Made by a program: the position numbers and the translations under genes
Origin: Candidatus Rifleibacteriota bacterium
GTDB lineage: Bacteria > Muiribacteriota > Ozemobacteria > Ozemobacterales > Ozemobacteraceae
NCBI GenBank assembly: GCA_051747585.1
Contig: JBNJGH010000066.1
Location: 1 to 19,038, forward strand
Direction: 5' to 3'
Length of the DNA stretch: 19,038 bases
In this document: positions 1-7,880 of the stretch, piece by piece
Layout of the letters: each line of letters starts with the position of its first letter
How positions within the stretch are numbered: the stretch's first letter is position 1
The notes under the pieces: model-generated
Databases searched by the model: none
The model's input: only the letters and a program-made list of their open reading frames with translations
Told to the model about the DNA's origin: nothing

Positions 1-1
1 G

Positions 2-643
2 GCCCCGATTGGAATTAAACAAAGTCATACCGCTTTTTTGAATGAGCTCGAGGGCTTTTCGCTTGAACTGGAAAAAAAATTCGATCGCGCTGACAATATC
101 GATCAAGCACTCAGGCTTGCTGCCGGCCTTCAAGATGAAACTTATATTCCTTTAAAATATGCAAGAAAAGAATTTTGCCGGTCATTGGTCATGACAGCCG
201 GTCTACCTGCTTCTTTTTCCTTGATTTTCACCGATTTGCTCCTGACCAGGCTGGAGAAAACAAGAAAAAGCATTAAAAGTTTTTTTGATAAACTTTTAAA
301 TGAATTTCGTTCCGCTTATTCAAGCGCAATGATTAAAGAAATTGATTCACAAGTAGGTTCTGCTTTATCTGCCTGGATGATTTTTCAGTTGCAGGAAATT
401 ATTCATTGCCTGACAAACTGGTATGCAGACGCTTTAAGGTGGTCTGCAACAAAAGATAAAACATTGCTGTTGAACCTTGGCCGTAAAGACGATATTATTA
501 CACTCGCAGAAATTGATAATGCGAATTTGATGCGAGCAAGAATCGAGATGCTCGAGAAAAGTGTTTATTTGCTAAACAGGCATGTTCAGCCTTCTTTAGT
601 TGTAGAAAATGTTATAACGCAGATCGGAGGGCCCGAAGCGTGA
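2..643 (+). CDS. holB: DNA polymerase III subunit delta' (clamp loader), C-terminal part; 5'-truncated by the window edge
   Basis: The frame is open from position 2 (gcc ccg att gga...), so the TTG at 38 is probably internal. The C-terminus 'LTNWYADAL...LLLN...IEMLEKSVYLLNRHVQPSLVVENV' matches the delta' C-terminal pattern. holB-yaaT adjacency is widely conserved, and the GTGA overlap with the next gene fits. Confidence 0.75.
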   Translation, partial: APIGIKQSHTAFLNELEGFSLELEKKFDRADNIDQALRLAAGLQDETYIPLKYARKEFCRSLVMTAGLPASFSLIFTDLLLTRLEKTRKSIKSFFDKLLNEFRSAYSSAMIKEIDSQVGSALSAWMIFQLQEIIHCLTNWYADALRWSATKDKTLLLNLGRKDDIITLAEIDNANLMRARIEMLEKSVYLLNRHVQPSLVVENVITQIGGPEA

Positions 644-1776
644 GTCAGTATATAGCCCTTAGACTTCGCAAATTGCCGGCCATTTACTGGGCTTCAAAGC
701 CTGATTTTGATGTAGAAATGCATCAGGATTATATAGTAAAAACGCAGCATGGTACAGAAGTAGCTAAGTTGTTAAAATTTTCAGATGAAATGCCTCAGAG
801 CCTGGAAAAGAAACAGGACATCTTTGTTCAAGAGGTCTTAAGGCCGGTTGACGATAAAGATCAAGAGAAAATTGCCGATTTAAAGCTCAAAGAAGAAGAT
901 GCTTCGAAAAAAGCGAAAGTTAAAATTAAAGAGCATAAGCTTGATATGAAGCTTTTGAAGTCGGAATTCCTCTTTGATATGAGCAGAGTAATTTTTTATT
1001 TCAAATCTGACCATAAGGTCGATTTTCGTGAGTTGCTCAAAAGTCTTGCGGCAATGTTCAAAACAAGAATAGAGCTGCGACAGATCGGAGTAAGAGATGA
1101 AGCCAAACTTCTTGGCGGAATAGGCTGCTGTGGCAAAGAAGTATGTTGTCATCAGTTCATGACAAATTTTTACCCCGTTTCTACCCGAATGGCAAAAGAG
1201 CAGAATTTAAGTTTAAATCCTGCAAAGCTTTCGGGCATTTGTGGCAGACTTCTTTGTTGCCTGGCACATGAGCATGAATATTATGCTTCATTTCATGGTA
1301 AGTTTCCCAAAATTTCTTCTGAAGTTGTCGTTGGCGAAGAAACAGCCAGGGTTATGGATATAAATTATATTACCAGGCGAATTTTGCTGGGCTTCAGCGA
1401 TAGAAGAAAAGCCTATTATCAGCTTGACGTCATTCATGGCCGCAAAGATTCGGCAACGGGAAGAAATTTATGGTGGATTCAGATGCCCGAAGAAGAAGAG
1501 CCGGATTTGAGTATACTGTTGAGAAATTTGAACCCGCCCGGATCCGGAAAAAAGAAAAAGAAAAGCGATTCGTCTAAAAAGAAATCCGGCGGCAATGAAG
1601 ACGACAGGCGCAGGGATTCAAAAAACAGTAAAAATGCCCAATCAGATAATAAAAAAGATGAAGAAGAGCATGGTTCAGATAACCATAAAGATAGAAAAAA
1701 ACATAAAAAACATAAAAATGATGATAATAAAGAAAAAAAATTGCCCGAAACCCCAACAGATGATGAAAATTCATGA
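640..1776 (+). CDS. ricT: PSP1-domain protein (YaaT/RicT family, Cys-rich, probably Fe-S binding) with a charged low-complexity C-terminal tail
   Basis: Motifs 'VDFRELLKSLA..FKTRIELRQIGVRDEAK.LGGIG.CGKEVCC', 'MAKEQNLSLNPAKLSGICGRLLCCL.HE'. GTG start with GGAGG upstream (626-630). Confidence 0.92.
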   Translation: MSQYIALRLRKLPAIYWASKPDFDVEMHQDYIVKTQHGTEVAKLLKFSDEMPQSLEKKQDIFVQEVLRPVDDKDQEKIADLKLKEEDASKKAKVKIKEHKLDMKLLKSEFLFDMSRVIFYFKSDHKVDFRELLKSLAAMFKTRIELRQIGVRDEAKLLGGIGCCGKEVCCHQFMTNFYPVSTRMAKEQNLSLNPAKLSGICGRLLCCLAHEHEYYASFHGKFPKISSEVVVGEETARVMDINYITRRILLGFSDRRKAYYQLDVIHGRKDSATGRNLWWIQMPEEEEPDLSILLRNLNPPGSGKKKKKSDSSKKKSGGNEDDRRRDSKNSKNAQSDNKKDEEEHGSDNHKDRKKHKKHKNDDNKEKKLPETPTDDENS

Positions 1777-1782
1777 TATAAT
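1774..1782 (+). promoter_or_regulatory. Candidate extended -10 sigma70 promoter (TGnTATAAT) upstream of the lpx operon
   Basis: TG-A-TATAAT at 1774-1782 overlaps the ricT stop codon, about 60 nt before the lpxI start. No convincing -35. Confidence 0.45.
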
Positions 1783-1844
1783 CCAACCACTCATTCCCGC
1801 CCCCGAATTTTGTATTATTCGGGGCAGAAAAGCGAGGGAGTAAC

Positions 1845-2645
1845 GTGTCGCGCATAGGACTTATCGCCGGAAACGGAAGGTTTCCACTTTATTTTGCAGA
1901 AGCTGCCAAATTAGGCGGCAATGAAGTAGTTGCAGTAGCAATTAAAGAAGAGACTTCACCTGAACTTGAAAACAAGGTCGAAAGTATTGACTGGTTTCAT
2001 GTGGGTGAACTTCAGGGCATGATCGATACTTTTATCAAGCATAAAGTTGATCGCATTGTAATGGCCGGAAAAATTACCAAGACTTTAATGTTTGAAAAAA
2101 TTCGCCCTGATCTGAGACTGATGAAAGTTTTTGAAAAAACTCCGGTAAGAAATGATGATGCTTTGTTAAAGGCGCTTGCTAATGAGTTTATCGCAGAAGG
2201 TATTTATGTGTGTGATTCAACAACTTTTATGGGCGCACTTCTGCCGGAAAAAGGTATTTTAACTGCACGTCAGCCAACAGAAGACGAGGTGCTCGACATT
2301 AACTACGGGCACGAAATTGCCAAAAAGATAGCAGGCCTTGATATCGGCCAGACCGTTGTGGTCAAAAACAGGGCTATTCTGGCCGTTGAAGCAATCGAGG
2401 GCACTGACCAGGCTATACTAAGGGGAGGAAAACTTGGCATTGGTGATGTAACCGTTGTTAAAGTCGCCAGACCATTGCAGGATATGCGCTTTGATCTGCC
2501 GGTGGTTGGCCTGGATACAATTAAGACCCTTATTTCAGCCAGAGCTAAATGTTTGGCATTTGAAGAAAAGAAAACGCTGCTGCTTGATCGTGATGAAGTA
2601 ATCGCAAAGGCTGATGAAGCCGGAATCGCGATCATGGTGCTCTGA
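1845..2645 (+). CDS. lpxI: UDP-2,3-diacylglucosamine diphosphatase LpxI (DUF1009)
   Basis: Motifs 'IGLIAGNGRFP', 'VMAGKI.K', 'DDALLKA', 'LDIGQTVVV', 'AVEAIEGTDQAI.R', 'QDMRFDLPVVG'. GTG start with GGGAG RBS. Confidence 0.93.
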   Translation: MSRIGLIAGNGRFPLYFAEAAKLGGNEVVAVAIKEETSPELENKVESIDWFHVGELQGMIDTFIKHKVDRIVMAGKITKTLMFEKIRPDLRLMKVFEKTPVRNDDALLKALANEFIAEGIYVCDSTTFMGALLPEKGILTARQPTEDEVLDINYGHEIAKKIAGLDIGQTVVVKNRAILAVEAIEGTDQAILRGGKLGIGDVTVVKVARPLQDMRFDLPVVGLDTIKTLISARAKCLAFEEKKTLLLDRDEVIAKADEAGIAIMVL

Positions 2646-2692
2646 TCTGTCAGATTTTCTGTCTATCAGATAGGTTTTAAACGGAGTTTTTG

Positions 2693-3634
2693 ATGAATAA
2701 GCAAAAAATTAAAATTGGAGTAATTGGAATAGGTCATCTCGGCAGACATCATGCCAGAATTCTTGCAGAAATGGATGGCCCAGAACTGGTAGGAATATCC
2801 GATATTAACGAAGCGGCCGGGAAAGAGATGTCGGAAAAATACAACGTACCTTTTTTCAAGGATTATAAAGAACTTGAAGGTAAGGTTGATGCCGTTACTG
2901 TTGTTGTGCCGACATATTTGCATCATCAGGTTGCCCGCTTTTTTCTTGAAAGAAACGTGCACACTTTTATTGAAAAGCCAATTACCAAAACATTAGAAGA
3001 AGCTAATGACCTGGTAAGGTTGGCCGGCGAAAAGCAGTTGACTCTTCAAGTTGGACATGTAGAAAGATTCAATGCTGCCATTTTAAAACTGCAGTCACTT
3101 GTAGAAGCCCCAAGATTTATAGAATGTCAGAGAATGGGTCCTTTTTCTCCGCGTATTCAAGATGTGGGTGTCGTTCAAGACCTGATGATTCATGATATAG
3201 ATATTGTTCTTTCGCTGGTTAAATCACCGATAAAGCACATTGACGCTGTTGGAATCCCGGTATTGACTGACAATGAAGATATAGCCAATGCGCATATAGT
3301 TTTTGAAAATGGCTGTATCGCCAATCTTACCGCCTCCAGAATCAGCGAAGAACGCATTAGAAAGCTCAGAATTTTTGAGCTCGATAAATACTGCTCACTT
3401 GATTATGCAAATCAGGCTATAACTTTGCGAAGAAAAACCGATGAAGAAAAAATTATTGGTGAAGAACTCGAAGTTCACAAAGCCGAACCTCTCAGACTGG
3501 AACTTGAACATTTTACACATTGTATAAATGAACGAAAAAAACCATTGGTGACAATCGAAGATGGCAAAAATGCACTCGAAGTCGCCTGTGAAATTCTTGA
3601 AAAGGTAAACCACAGTCTGCGTTCAAGTGGATAA
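2693..3634 (+). CDS. Gfo/Idh/MocA-family NAD-dependent oxidoreductase; GnnA-like (putative UDP-GlcNAc 3-dehydrogenase)
   Basis: Rossmann 'GVIGIGHLGRHHAR', 'EKP', 'VGHVERFN', 'DLMIHDIDI', 'LTASR'. It lies between lpxI and lpxB. ATG 2693 is 6 nt after GGAG, so I prefer it to TTG 2690. The family is secure; the GnnA function is inferred from context. Confidence 0.85.
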   Translation: MNKQKIKIGVIGIGHLGRHHARILAEMDGPELVGISDINEAAGKEMSEKYNVPFFKDYKELEGKVDAVTVVVPTYLHHQVARFFLERNVHTFIEKPITKTLEEANDLVRLAGEKQLTLQVGHVERFNAAILKLQSLVEAPRFIECQRMGPFSPRIQDVGVVQDLMIHDIDIVLSLVKSPIKHIDAVGIPVLTDNEDIANAHIVFENGCIANLTASRISEERIRKLRIFELDKYCSLDYANQAITLRRKTDEEKIIGEELEVHKAEPLRLELEHFTHCINERKKPLVTIEDGKNALEVACEILEKVNHSLRSSG

Positions 3635-3653
3635 TACTGAAAAGAATACTTTA

Positions 3654-4247
3654 ATGGGTTTATTAAATAGTACAGGTCGCTTTTTTTTCGAATGGCGCGA
3701 CAAGCTTCCGGTTCCTCTTGTTCTGGCTTTGCCTGTTGTTGCAAGACCCAGGCTTTCGGGCTGGTTGATTGGCTTGCCTCTTATTCTTGTGGGGCAGGCT
3801 GTAAGAATATGTTCTTTAATGCATATCGGCCCGACAACAAGATCTAGAGAAGTCTGTGCCGATACACTTGTTACTACCGGTCCATACAGCTGTTGTCGTA
3901 ATCCGCTTTATTTGGGTAATGTGTTGAAAATAACCGGAATTACTGCAATCGCCGGCAATATTCGTTTTGCCATTCTGGCAACAATCTTTTATGCTCTGGA
4001 GTTTTGTTTTATTATCAGGTATGAAGAAAGTTTTCTGGCCGATAAATTTCCTGAAGAGTTCAAGAAATATAGTCAGCTTGTTCCTATGTTCCTTCCTTCT
4101 AAAATATCTGCCAAAAAGTCTTCAGAAGATACTGCATTCTCTTTGAGCGAAGCAATTAAATCAGAAACCAAAACCTTTATGTCAACTGTAGCAGTTTTGC
4201 TTGTTTTACTTTGTGCGACTGTTATGCGTGAGGAGAAACAGGCTTGA
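3654..4247 (+). CDS. Isoprenylcysteine carboxyl methyltransferase (ICMT/PEMT)-family membrane methyltransferase; candidate lipid A phosphate methyltransferase (LmtA-like)
   Basis: Hydrophobic helices plus 'LVTTGPYSCCRNPLYLGN' and 'EESFLADKFPEEFKKY..LVPMFLP', the ICMT signature. The start could be GTG 3627 or ATG 3654. The stop overlaps the lpxB start (TTGA). Confidence 0.8.
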   Translation: MGLLNSTGRFFFEWRDKLPVPLVLALPVVARPRLSGWLIGLPLILVGQAVRICSLMHIGPTTRSREVCADTLVTTGPYSCCRNPLYLGNVLKITGITAIAGNIRFAILATIFYALEFCFIIRYEESFLADKFPEEFKKYSQLVPMFLPSKISAKKSSEDTAFSLSEAIKSETKTFMSTVAVLLVLLCATVMREEKQA

Positions 4248-5413
4248 GTTCCATTGAGACACAAAATAAAAAATTAAAAAAAGTATTTTTTCTTGCCGGC
4301 GAACAAAGTGGCGACCTGCATGGCTCATTGGTAATAAGGCACCTGCGTAGAATCGAACCCGAGATAAAAGTTACGGGAATTGGCGGACCAATGATGCAGG
4401 AGGCGGGTATGGACTGTATTCATAGTAGCGATGAACTTGCGGTTATAGGTTTCGTCGAGGTTTTAAAAAATATCAGGCACCTGTTTTCCATACTTCACGA
4501 TGTTCGCGAATTCTTTATTAAAGAGCGCCCCGATATGGTGGTTTTAATCGACTATCCGGGCTTTAATCAGCGGGTTGCTGATATTGCCAGAAAACTGGGA
4601 ATTTATGTTCTTTATTATATTACTCCCCAGGTTTGGGCCTGGCATGCGAGTCGAGTAAAAAAAATTACCCGCCTCATCGATGAGGCAATTGTAGTTTTCC
4701 CTTTTGAGGTAGATATCTGGAAAAAAGCAAACGCCAGAGTAAAATGGTTCGGGCATCCGCTGGTGGGTATTGCTCAGCCTTCAGCTCCGCCTGAACAGCT
4801 CAAAGAAGAACTTGGGCTGAAAGAAAAAAATATTGTAAGCTTGCTTCCCGGAAGCCGGTCTCAGGAAATTTATTATATATTGCCTTCTTTGCTTGATGCT
4901 GCTGAAATTGTATTAAAAGAAAAGCCTGACACCAGATTTCTTTTACCTGCTGCCAGCACTATCGACGATTCGAGATTTCTCGAGCATTTAAAAGATCGAA
5001 ATCTGCCCGTGACATTATTGCGAAGCCAGACTTACGATGCCATAGCTGTTTCAGACCTTTGCCTGGTTGCTTCCGGCACAGCCACCCTCGAGACGGCCAT
5101 AATTGGTACGCCCATGATAATTGTATACAGGGTAAACTGGCTGACTTCACTTATTTCAAAGTTTATTATTCAGGCACAGCATATCGGTTTGCCAAATGTA
5201 ATTGCCAATAAAAGAATAGTACCGGAATTTATAAGAGCCGAGTTCACACCTGATCAGATTGCTAAAGAGGCTATAGCTATACTTGATTCTCCTGAAAGAA
5301 AGCAAAAAATTCATCAGGAGCTTTTAAAGGTGAGGCAGAGCCTTGGTGAGCCCGGTGCCAGTCGTAGAGTAGCAGATCACATAGCTGACAGACTGGAGGA
5401 AATTAAAGGCTGA
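4244..5413 (+). CDS. lpxB: Lipid-A-disaccharide synthase (canonical copy)
   Basis: Motifs 'AGEQSGDLHG', 'IDYPGFN', 'YYITPQVWAW', 'GHPL', 'LLPGSR', 'ASGTATLE', 'IGLPNVI'. TTG start with GAGGAG RBS. Confidence 0.95.
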   Translation: MSSIETQNKKLKKVFFLAGEQSGDLHGSLVIRHLRRIEPEIKVTGIGGPMMQEAGMDCIHSSDELAVIGFVEVLKNIRHLFSILHDVREFFIKERPDMVVLIDYPGFNQRVADIARKLGIYVLYYITPQVWAWHASRVKKITRLIDEAIVVFPFEVDIWKKANARVKWFGHPLVGIAQPSAPPEQLKEELGLKEKNIVSLLPGSRSQEIYYILPSLLDAAEIVLKEKPDTRFLLPAASTIDDSRFLEHLKDRNLPVTLLRSQTYDAIAVSDLCLVASGTATLETAIIGTPMIIVYRVNWLTSLISKFIIQAQHIGLPNVIANKRIVPEFIRAEFTPDQIAKEAIAILDSPERKQKIHQELLKVRQSLGEPGASRRVADHIADRLEEIKG

Positions 5414-7143
5414 TGTCTACATTACTCAGGATTCTAGGCTACTTTAGAGGTTACAAGCTTTTTCTTGTGTGTGGCATATTTTGCTCTGCAATAGTTGCTG
5501 TTTGTACTATTTTTCCGGCCTGGGTAATGAAAAGTGTTGTAAACGATGTCCTGGTTAATCGTGATGTCGAATACCTGCACTGGATAGCTATTGCACTTAT
5601 AGGAGTCATGTTTGTCAAAGGTATAGCTCAATTTTTGCAGGGCTATATTATGCAGTATGTTTCTCAGAGCATTCTGCGTAGAATCAGAACCTCATGCTTT
5701 CAAAGACTTTTGCAGCTTTCGTTGTCTTATTACGAAAAGCAGCGAACCGGGCAGCTTATGAGCAAGGTTACCGCAGATGTTTTAATTTTGCAGAACCTGT
5801 TAACCAGTTTTACCGGTTTAATTGGTGATTTTATAGCTTTTCTCGGCTTTTGTATCTATATTTTCTATCTGCATTGGAAACTTGCTATCATTTCGATAAT
5901 AATTATTCCCATTATCGGTGCGCTGATCAATAAGTTTTCCCGCAAGATGAAAAAAATCGGTTCGCGCATGCAGAGTCGTATAGGCGATATTTCTACAGTA
6001 TTGCAGGAATTTATAACCGGAGTAAAGGTTGTTAAATCTTTTACTCTCGAACCTTTTATTCAAGGTCGTTTTGAAAGTGCTAACGGCGAAAACTTTAAAG
6101 AAACAATGCGTGGTGGCAGAATTAATGCTGCGACTACTCCGGTTATTGAGTTTATTAATACCTGCGGACTTGCAATAATTTTCTGGTATGGCGGACTTGA
6201 AGTAATAAGAGGAAACCTTAATGCCGGACAGCTTATCAGCTTTTTGACTGCTTTGGTGGGCCTTTTTACCCCGATAAAAAATCTTTCCAAGATGAGCAAT
6301 GTAATTTCTCAGTCGGTCGGTGCAGGCGAAAGAGTTTTTGAAATTCTGGATGCGCCGGTTGATATAAGAGAAAAAGAAGAATCGGTTCATTTGTCTGAAT
6401 GCCGTGGTGAGGTCGAGTTTGACAAAGTGGGTTTTGCTTATAAAAAAAATGAACCTGTTTTAAATGAAGTTTCAATTAAAATAAAACCCGGTGAGGTAGT
6501 TGCTCTGGTTGGCCCGTCGGGAGCGGGTAAAACAACCTTTGTTAACCTCATACCCAGATTTTTTGATGTAACTGAAGGTGGGGTTAAAATCGACGGTGTC
6601 GATGTTCGCGACCTGGCTTTTACCAGCTTACGGCAGTTTATCGGGCTGGTTCCGCAGGAGACTTTGCTTTTTTCGGGAACTATAGCCGAAAATATCAGGT
6701 TCGGGCGTCTCGGAGCAGAAAAAGAAGAGATTATAGAAGCCGCTAAACTGGCTAATGCCCATGAATTTATAACCAGTTTACCTGAAGGTTATGAAACTGT
6801 TCTCGGCGAACGTGGCGTAAATCTGTCAGGTGGGCAGGGGCAAAGAATTGCCTTGGCCAGAGCTTTTCTTAAAGATCCCAGTATTCTTATTCTCGATGAG
6901 GCAACTTCTGCTCTTGATTCAGAAACAGAAAATCTTATTAAAGAGTCATTGAATCTTTTAATGAAAAATCGAACTACTTTTATGATCGCCCATCGATTAT
7001 CTACAGTAGTTAGCGCAGATAAAATACTCGTTTTACAAAAGGGCAGAATCGTAGAAATCGGCAGTCATAATGAATTGCTTACTAGAAACGGAATTTACAG
7101 CCAGCTTTATCGTTCTCAATATGCTGAAAAGGTAACATTTTAG
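5413..7143 (+). CDS. msbA: MsbA-like lipid A/core ABC flippase (fused TMD + NBD)
   Basis: N-terminal multi-TM domain, Walker A GPSGAGKTT, Q-loop VPQE, signature LSGGQ, Walker B ILILDEATSALD, H-loop IAHRLST. Located in the lpx operon, with a TGATG overlap. Confidence 0.9.
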   Translation: MSTLLRILGYFRGYKLFLVCGIFCSAIVAVCTIFPAWVMKSVVNDVLVNRDVEYLHWIAIALIGVMFVKGIAQFLQGYIMQYVSQSILRRIRTSCFQRLLQLSLSYYEKQRTGQLMSKVTADVLILQNLLTSFTGLIGDFIAFLGFCIYIFYLHWKLAIISIIIIPIIGALINKFSRKMKKIGSRMQSRIGDISTVLQEFITGVKVVKSFTLEPFIQGRFESANGENFKETMRGGRINAATTPVIEFINTCGLAIIFWYGGLEVIRGNLNAGQLISFLTALVGLFTPIKNLSKMSNVISQSVGAGERVFEILDAPVDIREKEESVHLSECRGEVEFDKVGFAYKKNEPVLNEVSIKIKPGEVVALVGPSGAGKTTFVNLIPRFFDVTEGGVKIDGVDVRDLAFTSLRQFIGLVPQETLLFSGTIAENIRFGRLGAEKEEIIEAAKLANAHEFITSLPEGYETVLGERGVNLSGGQGQRIALARAFLKDPSILILDEATSALDSETENLIKESLNLLMKNRTTFMIAHRLSTVVSADKILVLQKGRIVEIGSHNELLTRNGIYSQLYRSQYAEKVTF

Positions 7144-7145
7144 TT

Positions 7146-7880
7146 ATGCAGGAAAAATTTTGCTATAATACTAATGATTTAAATAACTATAATGTTTTAC
7201 AGGCTTCTAAACGTCTGCATGACGGCCGCTGGGGCGATCCTGCTTATCAGGCGCGTTTAAGAATTAAAGCCCGGCTTGGCGCAGGTTTTATTACCGCTGT
7301 TAATTCTCTGGTAAAAATTAAAAAAATCGGTTTTGAGAACTATCTCGAAGCTTTAAAAGATAGGCGACCGACTTTAATCGTTGCCTGGCACAATTCATTG
7401 ATTTCGTCTATTTATTGTCATCGTAAAAAAAATATTGTTATCATGACTTCGTTATCTCAAGATGGTGATTTGTTGACCCAGATACTTTATTATCTGGGAT
7501 ACGGATGTGTCAGGGGCTCATCGTCACGTGGCGGAATGAGAGGATTGCTTGAAATGGTAAAGCTTTTGAAGCAGGGAGAGAATGGAGCAATTACGGTAGA
7601 TGGGCCCAGAGGGCCGAGGCATGAGGTTAAACCCGGAGCAGTACTGGTTGCACAGAAAACTGATGCGCTGATATTTCCAATTGGTCTGGCTTATTCTGAT
7701 TGTAAAAGGCTTGACAACTGGGATAAAACAGAAGTTCCAAAACCTTTTTCAAATGTGACGATGTATACAGGCAAACCTTTTTCAATTTCTGCTAAAATGG
7801 ATATAAAAGAGGGATGCGAATTAATTGGTTCAGCCATAAAAAATTGTGAACAGCACGCGGAGCAGATAATAAAAAAATGA
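7146..7880 (+). CDS. DUF374 lysophospholipid-acyltransferase-family protein (LpxJ-like lipid A late acyltransferase)
   Basis: Motifs 'WH', 'MTS.S.DGD', 'VRGSSSRGG', 'ITVDGPRGP', 'WDK..VPKPFS', typical of DUF374. The start position is somewhat uncertain. Confidence 0.85.
   Translation: MQEKFCYNTNDLNNYNVLQASKRLHDGRWGDPAYQARLRIKARLGAGFITAVNSLVKIKKIGFENYLEALKDRRPTLIVAWHNSLISSIYCHRKKNIVIMTSLSQDGDLLTQILYYLGYGCVRGSSSRGGMRGLLEMVKLLKQGENGAITVDGPRGPRHEVKPGAVLVAQKTDALIFPIGLAYSDCKRLDNWDKTEVPKPFSNVTMYTGKPFSISAKMDIKEGCELIGSAIKNCEQHAEQIIKK

Noticed and set aside
1548..1577. In-frame A_AAA_AAG slippery heptamer in ricT; a -1 shift would stop at 1575-1577 and remove the charged tail
   Set aside because: Lys-Lys codons make this heptamer common in AT-rich genes, and I see no upstream SD-like element or downstream stimulatory hairpin.
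1479..1855. Overlapping ORFs 1479-1790(-), 1574-1855(-) and 1595-1843(+)
   Set aside because: They are by-products of the A-rich low-complexity ricT tail (poly-Phe/Ser or Lys/Ile/Met), with no convincing RBS or family resemblance.
2641..2673. Short degenerate duplication/palindromes (TCTGATCTGTCAGAT / TCTGTCTATCAGAT) after lpxI
   Set aside because: The stems are only about 5 bp, with two imperfect copies. This is not a credible terminator, REP element or CRISPR repeat.
7161..7193. TGCTATAAT (extended -10) and a second TATAAT inside the 5' end of the DUF374 gene
   Set aside because: They lie within the coding region with no good in-frame start downstream and no -35, in a locally AT-rich stretch. 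An internal promoter cannot be excluded but is unsupported.
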